DNA from: a virus | IMG/VR virus record: IMGVR_UViG_3300037467_001798 | DNA length: 64,000 nt | Strand: one strand, 5' to 3' | Program-made: the position numbers and the translations under genes | In this document: positions 27,153-36,997 of the stretch, in pieces | Layout of the letters: the number at the start of each line of letters is the position of its first letter | How positions within the stretch are numbered: position 1 is the first letter of the stretch | The notes under the pieces: generated by a model | Told to the model about the DNA's origin: nothing | What the model saw: the letters and a program-made list of their open reading frames with translations, nothing else | Database searches by the model: none

Positions 27153-28457
27153 ATGTCCCAGACTTCCGTGGCCAAAGGCTCTGCCCTGGCCAACAAGCAG
27201 TTTTCCACCGCGCTCAGCGCGATGGCGGTGCGCAAGCCCACGCCGCTGACGGCCCTCACGGGCCCGATGCCCACGCACGACAAGGCGATGCGCAAGCTCA
27301 AGCAGCAGACCACCAACGAGATGCCCATCGTGCGCGTCGACGAGCTGGCCAAGGGCCCCGGCGACACCGTGCAGGTGGACTGCGCACACGTGGTCAAGCT
27401 GCGCCCGGTGATGGGCGACAAGAACGCCTCCGGCCTGGGTGCTTCGCTCAAGTACAGCTCCAAGGACGTGGTGCTGGACATGGCCACGCTGCCGGTCTCC
27501 GCGGGCGGCAAGATGACCAGCCAGCGCACCCCGCACGACATGCGCAAGAACGCGCTGTCGCAGCTGGCGCGCGCGATCCCCGCCTTCCGCTGGCAGCGTG
27601 CCCTGGCCTTCCTGGCCGGCGCCCGCGGCTCGCAGGACGGCACCGACTGGGTGCTGCCGCTGGCCACCGACCCCGAGTTCGCCGAGATGATGGTCAACCC
27701 CATCAAGGCGCCCACCTACAACCGCCATTTCGTGGTCAACGGCACGGGCCTGACCGCCGGCGGTCTGCAGCTGGGCTCGCTGGCGACCACCGACGCGCTG
27801 CGCCTGTCGCACGTCGACGAGCTGGCCGCCCTGTGGGACGAGATGGCCGTCAAGATGGCCCCGATCCAGATCCCCGGCGACCCGGCTGCCGGTGACGATC
27901 CGATCAAGGGCGTGCTGATGGTCGACCCGCTGGTGTGGGACACCCTCATCACCGAGACCACCAGCGGCTACAACATCCGCAGCTTCCAGCAGAACGCGAT
28001 GGAGCGCGCGCGCTACGGCGACGTGGGCAAGCATCCGCTGTTCGCCGGCACGCCGCTGCTGTGGAACGGCATCCTCATCCGCAAGATGAGCTTCGCCATC
28101 CGCTTCAACGCCAGCGACAGCTACCAGTACGTGCCGGTGGCCACCCGCCTGGCGGCCACGGAATCCACCGGCACGGTCGCTTCGGGCCTGTCGACCACGC
28201 ACCAGGCGGCGCGCTCGATCTTCCTGGGCGCGCAGGCCCTGGCGCTGGTCTCCGGTGCCAACCAGTCGACCGAGGAGACCTACTCGCTGCTGGAGGAGCG
28301 CACCAACTTCGACCGCAACCTGGAGCTGGCCGGCGAAATCATGGGCACCGAGGACAAGCTGCGCTGGGCCCTGCCCAACAGCTCCGGTGACCTGGAGATG
28401 ACCGACTTCGGCGTCCTGGTGATCGATAGCGCGGTGCGCAAGCGCAGCGTCTCCTGA
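27153..28457 (+). CDS. major capsid protein (N4-gp56/DUF4043-like)
   Basis: 434 aa; MPIVRVDEL.KGPGDTV, LFAG....WNGILI motifs; strong AGGAG RBS and codon bias. Confidence 0.9.
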   Translation: MSQTSVAKGSALANKQFSTALSAMAVRKPTPLTALTGPMPTHDKAMRKLKQQTTNEMPIVRVDELAKGPGDTVQVDCAHVVKLRPVMGDKNASGLGASLKYSSKDVVLDMATLPVSAGGKMTSQRTPHDMRKNALSQLARAIPAFRWQRALAFLAGARGSQDGTDWVLPLATDPEFAEMMVNPIKAPTYNRHFVVNGTGLTAGGLQLGSLATTDALRLSHVDELAALWDEMAVKMAPIQIPGDPAAGDDPIKGVLMVDPLVWDTLITETTSGYNIRSFQQNAMERARYGDVGKHPLFAGTPLLWNGILIRKMSFAIRFNASDSYQYVPVATRLAATESTGTVASGLSTTHQAARSIFLGAQALALVSGANQSTEETYSLLEERTNFDRNLELAGEIMGTEDKLRWALPNSSGDLEMTDFGVLVIDSAVRKRSVS

Positions 28458-28560
28458 TGACGGTGGCGGGGGCTTGCCCCTGCCTCTGATCTGACCACGG
28501 CCGGCGGGCCCGTTCAGCCCGCCACTCACCCTGTTCTTTCCCATCTCATAGGAGGAAGCC

Positions 28561-29013
28561 ATGGCTTCTCTGAAATCCCAAAAGGCGACCGCCCCGGCCT
28601 TCATGCCTGGCGACGGCCGCGCGATGACCATCACCGACAAGGCGGTGCTCGGTGCCGGCAACCTGGGCACGCCCGCGGCTGCCGACACGATCGACTTCTT
28701 CGTGCCTGGCGGCACGAAGGTGACCGACCTGCACCTGGTGCTGGACGACTGCGACACGGGCGCTGCCTTCGTGTTCGGCGTCGGCTACCGCCCGGTCAAC
28801 TCGGCCAGCGCGCTGGCGCCCTCGTCCAGCTACTTCGCCGCGGCCGGTCAGACCACGGGCCAGGCCGGCGGCAAGCTGGACTGCTCGTTCAAGCCGATCA
28901 AGTTCGAGGAGGACGTGTACGTGCAGGTGGTGGTGGGCACCGCCCCGGCCGGCATCTCGGGCAACCCGGAAATCCACATGGTGGCTTCCGGCATCTCCGA
29001 AGGCATCAAGTAA
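28561..29013 (+). CDS. capsid decoration / minor head protein
   Basis: AGGAGG RBS, beta-rich 150 aa immediately after the capsid gene. Confidence 0.7.
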   Translation: MASLKSQKATAPAFMPGDGRAMTITDKAVLGAGNLGTPAAADTIDFFVPGGTKVTDLHLVLDDCDTGAAFVFGVGYRPVNSASALAPSSSYFAAAGQTTGQAGGKLDCSFKPIKFEEDVYVQVVVGTAPAGISGNPEIHMVASGISEGIK

Positions 29014-29039
29014 GCCCAGCGCCTTAGAGCGCGCACGCA

Positions 29040-29068
29040 CCCCCTGCCCCGAAAGGGGCGGGGGGGTT
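29040..29068 (+). terminator. GC-rich hairpin, possible terminator or processing site after the head genes
   Basis: CCCCTGCCCC-GAAA-GGGGCGGGGG; weak T tail. Confidence 0.5.
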
Positions 29069-29108
29069 CGTCCGCAAGGACCCCTGCAACGACAGGAGCT
29101 GACTCCCC

Positions 29109-29675
29109 ATGAAACTCGTTCACATCGCCTACGCCGGCGCCAAACAGGACGGCGAAACGGCGTTCTTCCAGCACACCGGCGGCATCACCTGGATGCCCGG
29201 CAGCGTCCACCAGGTCGAGGCCAGCCTGGCCGCGCGCATGCTGGAGCACCCCGACGTGTTCCGCCTGGCCACCACCGAGGACATGATCGCCGCTGGCATC
29301 GCCGCCGCGCCCGCGCCCGGCCCGGCCCCGGCTGCCCCGATCGTCCTGACCGCCATTCCGGCCGACGGCAAGCCCACTGCCGAACAGATCGCCGCCGCCC
29401 AGGCCCTGCTGGCTGCCGCTGGCATCGCCGACGGCCCGGTGCCCGCTGACAAGCCCGCCGAAGGCCCGGCCCACACCATCGCCCCGGCCGGCGTGCCTCT
29501 GGGCCACCCGCTGGAAGGCAGCCAAGTCACGAGCACGCAGCAGCCCGTGAGCGGCACGCCCACCGGCATCACCGAGACGGCCGCCAAGGTCGACGCCGGC
29601 GTCGCCGTGAGCCTGGCGCCCGGTGCCACCGTGGCCCCGGCCAAGGCTGCGGCCAAGACCGCCAAGGCCAAGTAA
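29109..29675 (+). CDS. hypothetical virion-region protein
   Basis: AGGAG RBS; Pro/Ala-rich C-terminal half. Confidence 0.7.
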   Translation: MKLVHIAYAGAKQDGETAFFQHTGGITWMPGSVHQVEASLAARMLEHPDVFRLATTEDMIAAGIAAAPAPGPAPAAPIVLTAIPADGKPTAEQIAAAQALLAAAGIADGPVPADKPAEGPAHTIAPAGVPLGHPLEGSQVTSTQQPVSGTPTGITETAAKVDAGVAVSLAPGATVAPAKAAAKTAKAK

Positions 29676-29678
29676 GCG

Positions 29679-30020
29679 ATGGCGCGCACGGTCACCGACG
29701 CCATCGCCGCGGCCCGCGACGTCCTCAACGACGAGGACGGCGGCTCCGACGGCGCGACCTACCGCACCAGCGACGCCAAGCTGCGCGGCTACGCGCTCGA
29801 TGGCATCAACGCCGTGCGCAACATCCGCCCCGACCTGTTCCTGGGCAACTGGGGCGACCTGGCCGCCCTGGCCGCCGACGGCACGCTGCCGCTGGCCGAT
29901 CAGTTCTTTCGCCCCGTCGTCTCCTACATGGTCGGCATGGCCGAGCTGAAGGACGACGAGCACGTCAACTCCGGCCGCGCCAAGTTGATGGCCGACCTGC
30001 TGCAAGGCTTCCTGCGATGA
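29679..30020 (+). CDS. head-tail connector/adaptor candidate (DUF6682-like)
   Basis: AARDVLND...RTSDA.L..Y..DG...RPDL pattern; position. Confidence 0.65.
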   Translation: MARTVTDAIAAARDVLNDEDGGSDGATYRTSDAKLRGYALDGINAVRNIRPDLFLGNWGDLAALAADGTLPLADQFFRPVVSYMVGMAELKDDEHVNSGRAKLMADLLQGFLR

Positions 30021-30658
30021 CCAAGGCCCTGACTGCCTTCTACGACTACCTGCTGCCGCAGCTGCCAGGCTGCACGCCGGCGCTGGTGGACATCGAGCTG
30101 AAGGAGGTGCTGCGCGACTACTGCGAGACCAGCCGCTGCTGGCGCGAGGAGCTGGCCCCGATCGCAGCCCAGGCCGGCGTGGCCCAGTACCCGCTGGCGC
30201 CCACCAGCTCCAAGACCGAGGTGGTGGGCCTGCTGTCGATGACCGAGGGCGCGGTGCTGCGCTGGAGCGCCAGCGAGCCGCGCCTGGATGTCGCCCAGCC
30301 GGTGGCCGACGTGCCCGCGGCCACCTACGCGCCGGGCCAGCCGCCCTTTGCCGTGAGCCCCGACGGCGTGTTCATCACGTTCGATCCGCCGCCCACCGAC
30401 ACCGTGCTGCTGACCGGCTGGATTCGCCCGCAGCGCTCGATCACCAGCGTGCCCGACTTCCTGTTCGACGAGCACCTGGGCGTGATCCGCGCCGGCGTGC
30501 TGGCGCGCCTGCAGGCCATGGGCGGCAAGCCCTGGACCGACCTGCAAGGCGCCCAGCGCAACGAGGCGCTGTACACCGCCCGCACGCACCTGCACGCGAC
30601 CAACGCGGCGCGCGGCCGCTCGCGCGCGCCCCTGCGCACCCGCGCCACCCTGATCTGA
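30017..30658 (+). CDS. head-tail adaptor candidate
   Basis: LPGC...LV...L....R.YCE.S..WR; I.AG.LARL..M.GKPWTD pattern; position. Confidence 0.7.
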   Translation: MTKALTAFYDYLLPQLPGCTPALVDIELKEVLRDYCETSRCWREELAPIAAQAGVAQYPLAPTSSKTEVVGLLSMTEGAVLRWSASEPRLDVAQPVADVPAATYAPGQPPFAVSPDGVFITFDPPPTDTVLLTGWIRPQRSITSVPDFLFDEHLGVIRAGVLARLQAMGGKPWTDLQGAQRNEALYTARTHLHATNAARGRSRAPLRTRATLI

Positions 30659-30674
30659 CCGGAGGACCCCACCG

Positions 30675-33600
30675 ATGACCGCGCCCACCGTAGCCGTCAC
30701 CGTCAACCTGTTCAACGCCGACGGCAGCCCCTGCCCCGACGGCACGCTGGTGACCGCCCGCCTGGACCGGCCCGACTACTACAACGGCATCATCGTGCCC
30801 AGCACCGTCAGCGCGCCCGCCGTCGCTGGCGTGGCCGTGCTGCAGTGCTTCCCGAACCACCCCAGCACCGGCCTGGGCACCTCGGGCAGCGTGTGGCAGT
30901 TCCGTGCCAACTGGGCCGGCGCGCAGCCGGTCAGCGAGCTGGCGCAGGTGCCCAACCTGGCCTGCGAGCTGTCGGCCATCCGCATCTCCGACGAGCCGGC
31001 ACCGGCGCTCGATGCTGCCCAGGCTGCCGTGGCCAGCGCCCAGGCCGCCGCCGGGGCGGCCGGAGCCAGCGCCGCCGATGCGCTGGACAGCGCCACCACC
31101 GCCGCCGCCTCGGCTGCCGCTGCCGCACAGGATGCGAGCGACGCGGCTGCCGCCATCACCGACGCCCAGGCCGCCGCCACCGCGGCGCAGGGCAGCGCCA
31201 ACACCGCCAGCGCGCAGGCCACCGCGGCCACCGGCTCGGCCAGCGCCGCGGCCAGCAGCGCGAGCGCCGCCGCCACCAGCGCCGCTGCAGCTGCGACGTC
31301 CAAGACCGGCGCCGAGGCCGCACGCGACACCGCCAGCGGCTACAAGGACCAGGCGGCCACCAGCGCCGCCACCGCGACCACCCAGGCTGCACTGGCCACC
31401 ACCAACGGCCAGGCCCAGGTCACGCTGGCCACCGCCCAGGCCACGGCCGCCGCTGGCAGCGCCTCGGCCGCCGCCGGCAGCGCCACCACCGCATCGAACG
31501 CTGCGACCACGGCCTCGACCGCCGCAACGAACGCCGGCAACAGCGCCACCGCCGCGGCCACCAGTGCCACCCAGGCGGGCGCCAGCGCCACCACCGCCAG
31601 CAACGCCGCCACCAGCGCGGGCGCCAGCGCATCGAGCGCCAGCACCGCCAAGACCGCGGCCGAGGCAGCCAACACCACCGCGCAGACCGCCGCCACAGGC
31701 GCGAGTAACTCGGCCAACGCTGCGGCTGCCAGCGCTTCGGCCGCCAACACCTCCAAGCTGGCCGCCGAGACGGCGCAGGCCGCGGCCGCCGCCTCGGCCA
31801 CCAACGCCGACGCCAGCGCCGCCCGCTCCGAGCTGTTTTCCAACAGCGCACTGGGCAGCGCCACGGTGGCCGGCAACACCATGAGCCAGCTGCTGGCCCA
31901 GTACGGCAGCGCCGCGGCCCTGACAGCCGCCCTGGCCATCGGCCTGGGGTATGTGACCACCAGCCAGGCCCAGACCCAGCTGGCCAAGCTGTACGCCGAG
32001 CAGGCCGCCAGCGTGGCCCAGCAGGATCTGTCGGGCGTGACCGGCGCGGCGCTGCACCGCTCGCCCAATGCCGTGACGGCGCTGTTCGTGTACGACACCA
32101 GCAAGGACAGCGACGGCGGCCTGCGCCTGTGCGAGCAATCGGCGAACACGTCCTGGTACAACGAGCCGCTCAATGGGCCGTGGCTGGCGATGAACACCGC
32201 CAACGGGTTCCAGTCCGAGCTGCAAGCCCGCGCTTACGGCGCGACCCTGGGCGCCGACACCGTGACCAATGGCAGCTTCGCCAGCGGCATCACGGGTTGG
32301 CTTGACGGCTCGACTGCCCCTGCGACCTTTACCTGGGACAGCAGCGGCAAGGCTCGGCTGACCCGCACCGACGCTAACAACGCGCGGATGGATCAGCAGC
32401 AGACCACCGTAGCCAGCACTCTGTACGAAGTGACGTTCACGGTGGCAGAGGCATCAGCCACCATCACGGTCGGAAACACGCAGGGCAGCGCCACGATGCT
32501 CGCCGGCACCGTGTTCGGCCCTGGAGTCAACAAGGCGTATTTCGTAGCGACTGGCACGGTTGCCTGGATTCGCTTCCTCACATCGGCTGTCGGCAGCGTC
32601 ACCATCGACGACGTTTCGTGCAAGCCGATCACCGCCTTCAACACCACCAGCGGCAGTTACTACCAGCTCGCCACGGATGGGAAGTTCTACCGGCTGAGCA
32701 AGAACCTGGTGAAGCAGTCGGTGTGGCCCGGCTCCGGCGCAAATACCGTCCCGACCGGGTGGGGCGCGATCGGCACAGCCGGCTCGCAGAGCCTCGCCAT
32801 GGCGCAGGAAGTCGTGAACGGCGTCAGCACCGGAGTCGTCAAGGTTCGGCGCATCAACGCCACCGGCTTTGAGGGCGTCGGCCAGAGTTCGGGGAACAAC
32901 CCGACGGTCGCACTACCGTCCGGCTTGCCGGTCAACTCCCGCATCCTGGTCCGCATTCCGACGGGAGTGACGGCAACGAGCTTGCGCTTCTACGACGGCA
33001 CGGGCATCACCACGATCGCGTCGGCCGCTACGCTCAACGCCCAGGCGAAGGATGTCTGGGTGGAGTACACAGTCAGCCACGTGCCGAGTGCCGCTCGCAC
33101 ACAGATCAACTTCATCGCCGACAGCGCGGCCATCGGGACCGGCTTCGACCTCGCGATGCCGCAGGTGGACTTCGGGGCCGCTCCTGGTGCCACCGTGCCG
33201 CTGGCCTACGAGGCCACCGGCGAGAACGAGGTGTTCCGTGGCAACAAGGCCAAGTTCCCGCGCCTGGCAGCCATCGTGGCCGAGGCGGGCAACGTCACGA
33301 TCTACGACCTGACCGAGCCGGGCCGGCCCATGTGGATGCGGTTTGTCACGAGTGCGAGCAACGCGCTCATCGTGGCGGGCAGCCTGACCTCAGCGGCCAT
33401 GCAGAACGGCCGCCTCATCACGGGTGCCAACGGCAGCGGCCTCGGGCAGATCGACTTCATCATGGACCGGGGCTGGCGGCACATCACCACCGGCCAAGAG
33501 ACGTACCTGGGCAGCATCGCCCAGCGCAATGCCGGCCTCGGGAAGATGCTGACCAGCAGCGCGCAGCCACTCAATGGCACGGCCGTGGTCAACGCCGTCG

Positions 33601-36203
33601 CCATGACGGTGCGCCCGAACGCCCCTATCGATTCGGTGACGGGCCTGCCGGTGCCGACCATCGCAGTGGCGGTGGGAACGGGCAACGCCGGCAACGCCGG
33701 GACCGTGCTGATGGACGACGGCACCGCAGTGAACTACGCCTACGCGGGCGCCGACGGCACCAGCGTGGCCTTCACCTCGCGCGGCGAACTGATGTGGGGC
33801 GTGACCGCCACGTCGACCATGTTCGTCACTCCCTTGGCGACGAGCAGCGGCAGCGTGGGCACCTTGGCGACCCGCAGCTACTCCTCGACCGGCGTCGTGG
33901 GCCTTGGCACCGGCAGCAAGGTGACGGTCGGAATGCCGCGCAGCATGTTCGCCTCCCGCGCGGCCGGCCAGCCGCTGGTGTCCATCGTGAAGGAGAACCC
34001 GAGCACGCAGGCCGCTGGTCTTGTGGCGCAGATCACCGGCACCTACAACACCGGCTCGATGGTGGGGGACATCCGCAGGGCGTGGCTGGCGGATACCCAG
34101 GCTGGGACGGTCAGCGATGCATCGCTGGTGAACAACGGCAACTTCGCCACGGCGACCGACTGGACCGGCCAGAACAACGGCGTTGTGAGCATTGCCGGCG
34201 GCCAGATGACGGTGACCAACAACGGCGCCTTCTTCGGCCGCGCGTTCAACAGCCTGCAGTTCCAGGTGGTTGCAGGCCAAGCCATCGAGTACTCGGTCAC
34301 GGTGCCGGCCGGCTCGGCGAACCCGTGCTTTATCAACCTGGCCGATGCCAGCACCGGCGCAGCCATGTCGACGCTGCCGTCCTCGATGGCGCCGGGCGGC
34401 ACGTACAAGGGCTTCCTCGTTGCGAACACGAGCGGCACCGCCGTGCTCCGCCTGGAGAACCAGTCCAGCGTGAACGGGGCGAGCTTCACGGTCAGTGCCA
34501 TCTCTGGCAAGCAGGCGACTGCCGACCGCAGCGTGAAGGCGAAGCCTGTCAGCACCTTCGGCACCCTCGCCAAGACCATCGTGGCGACCGCCGCGCAGAT
34601 GGTCGCCTACGCGAGTTTCTCGGCAACGAACTACCTGCAGGAGGCCTACAGCGCCGACTTGGACCTCGGCACCGGAGCCTGGACGGCCAGCGGGTGGATG
34701 AACGTGCCGAGCACGGGCTTCGGGCCGGCGAACTTCATCCGCAATAGCGCATTCGCCGGCGACACGGTGAATGACACCTCGGGCGGCGGCAACACGACCA
34801 ACGGTGTGACCACCTCCATCCTCGGCTACGGCACCGAGAGCGGCATGCGGTACTTCGACATTCGCATCAGCGGCACGCCTACGGCCACGAGCGCTGCGAT
34901 CCTCGCATGGAGCGGCAGCACTTCTCGGCCGTCGGCAGCCTTGGGGCAGACATTCGCCGGCCAAGTGTGCGTGACGCTTCAGGCAGGCTCGATGACCAAT
35001 GTGTCCCAGCTTGTCGCCGAGGTGGCCGAGTACGACAGCGGTGGAACTCCCGTCGCGGCCAGCGGCACGACGCTCACCCCGGCTGCGGGCAGCCTGCCTG
35101 CCAACCGCTACACGTTCTCACGCACCTGCAATGCGGCCAGCGTGAGCACGGTGGCGCTGCGTGGGTTCCGCCTGAACTACACCAGCGGCCAGGCAATCGA
35201 CATCACGCTGCGAATCGGTGCGCCCCAACTGGAGCGCGGCGCGACTGCCAATGCCTTCATCGCCTCGCCCGCCACGGCGCAGTTCATCGGCATCGCGCCG
35301 ATCATCCACCGCGGCGCGGCCACGGGCGCCTACTGGATGCTGGGCATCGACGGCAACGGCATGCTGGCCGCCGAAGTCTACGACGGCACCACGACGCGCC
35401 GCGTCACCAGCACGGCGGCCTACAACACCGGCGCCTGGGTCAAGGCCCGCGTGCAGTACGACGGCGCCGGCGCGCTCACGCTCAAGGCCAACGGCGAGCA
35501 GGTCGCCCAGGCCACGGGCGCCGCGCTGCTGACGCTGAACAACGCCAGTGCCGTCGCCACGGTGGGCAACAACCAGGCGCTGACGGCGGCCTTCCCCGGC
35601 TCGCTGGCGATGGTCAAGGTGGGCGCCACGGTGCCGTTCACCGAGCAGAGCCAGTGGGCCTACAGCCAGGAGCGGGCGATGTTCATGGACGGCGCCCAGG
35701 TCACGCTGCCGGACACGGGCAACGTGGTCGACATGGCCTACGACGACCGCCTGGACCGCATCAAGGTCGTCACCGCGGCCAACGAGTGCTCGTTCAGCGG
35801 CCTGGTGCGGGTGGAGTCGGCCGCGGTGCCGGCGGGCTCGTACAGCAAGGCCGCCATGCGCTCGGGCGTGAAGCTCCTGGCGCGCACCACGACGAACCCC
35901 GGCGTGGACGTGTCGATCGCCAGCAAGAACCTCATCGAGGAGCTGCTGCGCAAGGCCGAGGACGCCGCGCGGCTGGCCCGCCTGCCCGAGATGTACGCGG
36001 TGGATGCGACCGCCTCGCAGACCGACTTCGTGCTGCCCGCAGGCGCCGAAACCCGCAAGGTGTGGCTGGCCGGCTCGCTCAAGCGCGAGGGCGCGAGCAA
36101 AGACTACACGGTGCTGTTCGACGGCTTCAAGGAGACGGTGCGGGCCAACGCGGGCCAGAGCGTTGGCACCTCGGTCCAGATCGAATGGAGGAAGGCGGCA
36201 TGA
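30675..36203 (+). CDS. long tail fibre / receptor-binding protein with Ala-Ser-Thr stalk, carbohydrate-binding-like modules and LamG-like domain
   Basis: Stf-like N-terminus; A/S/T-rich repeats at ~31000-31870; repeated NGxF modules; ConA/LamG-like segment near 35300-35630. Confidence 0.85.
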   Translation: MTAPTVAVTVNLFNADGSPCPDGTLVTARLDRPDYYNGIIVPSTVSAPAVAGVAVLQCFPNHPSTGLGTSGSVWQFRANWAGAQPVSELAQVPNLACELSAIRISDEPAPALDAAQAAVASAQAAAGAAGASAADALDSATTAAASAAAAAQDASDAAAAITDAQAAATAAQGSANTASAQATAATGSASAAASSASAAATSAAAAATSKTGAEAARDTASGYKDQAATSAATATTQAALATTNGQAQVTLATAQATAAAGSASAAAGSATTASNAATTASTAATNAGNSATAAATSATQAGASATTASNAATSAGASASSASTAKTAAEAANTTAQTAATGASNSANAAAASASAANTSKLAAETAQAAAAASATNADASAARSELFSNSALGSATVAGNTMSQLLAQYGSAAALTAALAIGLGYVTTSQAQTQLAKLYAEQAASVAQQDLSGVTGAALHRSPNAVTALFVYDTSKDSDGGLRLCEQSANTSWYNEPLNGPWLAMNTANGFQSELQARAYGATLGADTVTNGSFASGITGWLDGSTAPATFTWDSSGKARLTRTDANNARMDQQQTTVASTLYEVTFTVAEASATITVGNTQGSATMLAGTVFGPGVNKAYFVATGTVAWIRFLTSAVGSVTIDDVSCKPITAFNTTSGSYYQLATDGKFYRLSKNLVKQSVWPGSGANTVPTGWGAIGTAGSQSLAMAQEVVNGVSTGVVKVRRINATGFEGVGQSSGNNPTVALPSGLPVNSRILVRIPTGVTATSLRFYDGTGITTIASAATLNAQAKDVWVEYTVSHVPSAARTQINFIADSAAIGTGFDLAMPQVDFGAAPGATVPLAYEATGENEVFRGNKAKFPRLAAIVAEAGNVTIYDLTEPGRPMWMRFVTSASNALIVAGSLTSAAMQNGRLITGANGSGLGQIDFIMDRGWRHITTGQETYLGSIAQRNAGLGKMLTSSAQPLNGTAVVNAVAMTVRPNAPIDSVTGLPVPTIAVAVGTGNAGNAGTVLMDDGTAVNYAYAGADGTSVAFTSRGELMWGVTATSTMFVTPLATSSGSVGTLATRSYSSTGVVGLGTGSKVTVGMPRSMFASRAAGQPLVSIVKENPSTQAAGLVAQITGTYNTGSMVGDIRRAWLADTQAGTVSDASLVNNGNFATATDWTGQNNGVVSIAGGQMTVTNNGAFFGRAFNSLQFQVVAGQAIEYSVTVPAGSANPCFINLADASTGAAMSTLPSSMAPGGTYKGFLVANTSGTAVLRLENQSSVNGASFTVSAISGKQATADRSVKAKPVSTFGTLAKTIVATAAQMVAYASFSATNYLQEAYSADLDLGTGAWTASGWMNVPSTGFGPANFIRNSAFAGDTVNDTSGGGNTTNGVTTSILGYGTESGMRYFDIRISGTPTATSAAILAWSGSTSRPSAALGQTFAGQVCVTLQAGSMTNVSQLVAEVAEYDSGGTPVAASGTTLTPAAGSLPANRYTFSRTCNAASVSTVALRGFRLNYTSGQAIDITLRIGAPQLERGATANAFIASPATAQFIGIAPIIHRGAATGAYWMLGIDGNGMLAAEVYDGTTTRRVTSTAAYNTGAWVKARVQYDGAGALTLKANGEQVAQATGAALLTLNNASAVATVGNNQALTAAFPGSLAMVKVGATVPFTEQSQWAYSQERAMFMDGAQVTLPDTGNVVDMAYDDRLDRIKVVTAANECSFSGLVRVESAAVPAGSYSKAAMRSGVKLLARTTTNPGVDVSIASKNLIEELLRKAEDAARLARLPEMYAVDATASQTDFVLPAGAETRKVWLAGSLKREGASKDYTVLFDGFKETVRANAGQSVGTSVQIEWRKAA

Positions 36204-36685
36204 GCTTCGTGAACCTGATGGTCGACGTGCGCTGGAGCGAGCACGACATCGTGCAGCGCATGGAGGCGATGATCCGCGAGCACTGCTCGGCGACCGAGGA
36301 GCTGATCTTGCACCGCAAGATGCTGGGCGCCTCGATCAACGCCTACGACCTGTCGGCGGGCGAGCAGGCGGAAATCGCCACCTACGCCGGCGTCTGCGCG
36401 GTCGCCCAGCAGGCCGGGCGCGACGCGCGCGCCGACATGGCGCTGCTGACCCAGGCGTTCGACGTGGAGGCGGCCCAGCGCCGCCTGGCGCTGCCCCAGG
36501 TCGAGCCCATCCTCGACCCCGAGGACCCGGCCCTGGTGCTCAATGGCCTGGAGGTGTTCGCCGACCAGGAGCAGCGCACCACGGCGCAGGCGCTGATCGA
36601 CGCGGCCGCGCAGGCCGTGCTCGACCTGGTGGCCGCGCGTGCCGCGGCCCGTGCAGCGCCGAGCGAGCCGGAGGTGCAGCCGTGA
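36200..36685 (+). CDS. tail-fibre-associated (assembly) protein
   Basis: ATGA overlap with the fibre gene; helical. Confidence 0.65.
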   Translation: MSFVNLMVDVRWSEHDIVQRMEAMIREHCSATEELILHRKMLGASINAYDLSAGEQAEIATYAGVCAVAQQAGRDARADMALLTQAFDVEAAQRRLALPQVEPILDPEDPALVLNGLEVFADQEQRTTAQALIDAAAQAVLDLVAARAAARAAPSEPEVQP

Positions 36686-36996
36686 TCGCCCTGGCCATCC
36701 TGCTGTACCTGCTGCTGGCCATCACCGCCCCGCGCGGGCGTTTGCGGCTGGTGCTGGTGGCGCCGCTGCTGGTGCTCGACGCCGCCGGCAACGTGCTGAT
36801 CGGCGGCTCCTGGCGCAACACCCTCTCGGGCGAGGCGCACGCGCACCGCACGCGCCGCTGGTGGGGCTGGACCGAGACCCTGATCGACGGCCTGTTCTTC
36901 TGGCAGGTCGACCACTGCAAGGCGCAGGCCGAGCGCGAGCGCCAGCACGGCAGCGTGTGGGCCGCCTGGGCCGCCGACTGGAACCTGGAGAACTGA
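36682..36996 (+). CDS. small membrane protein
   Basis: Hydrophobic N-terminus; DAAGNVL.GG....TLS...IDGLFFWQ.DHC motif seen in phage tail regions. Confidence 0.65.
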   Translation: MIALAILLYLLLAITAPRGRLRLVLVAPLLVLDAAGNVLIGGSWRNTLSGEAHAHRTRRWWGWTETLIDGLFFWQVDHCKAQAERERQHGSVWAAWAADWNLEN

Positions 36997-36997
36997 G

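Noticed and set aside
28455-28460. Capsid read-through or frameshift extension
   Set aside because: Tandem TGA TGA stops and no slippery sequence seen
21878-28757. Long minus-strand ORFs (560, 741, 911 aa) over terminase, portal and capsid
   Set aside because: Shadow ORFs of well-supported plus-strand structural genes
31000-31870. Repetitive GCC/ACC/AGC tract as a repeat array or CRISPR
   Set aside because: Encodes the Ala-Ser-Thr fibre stalk; no fixed-length repeats with unique spacers
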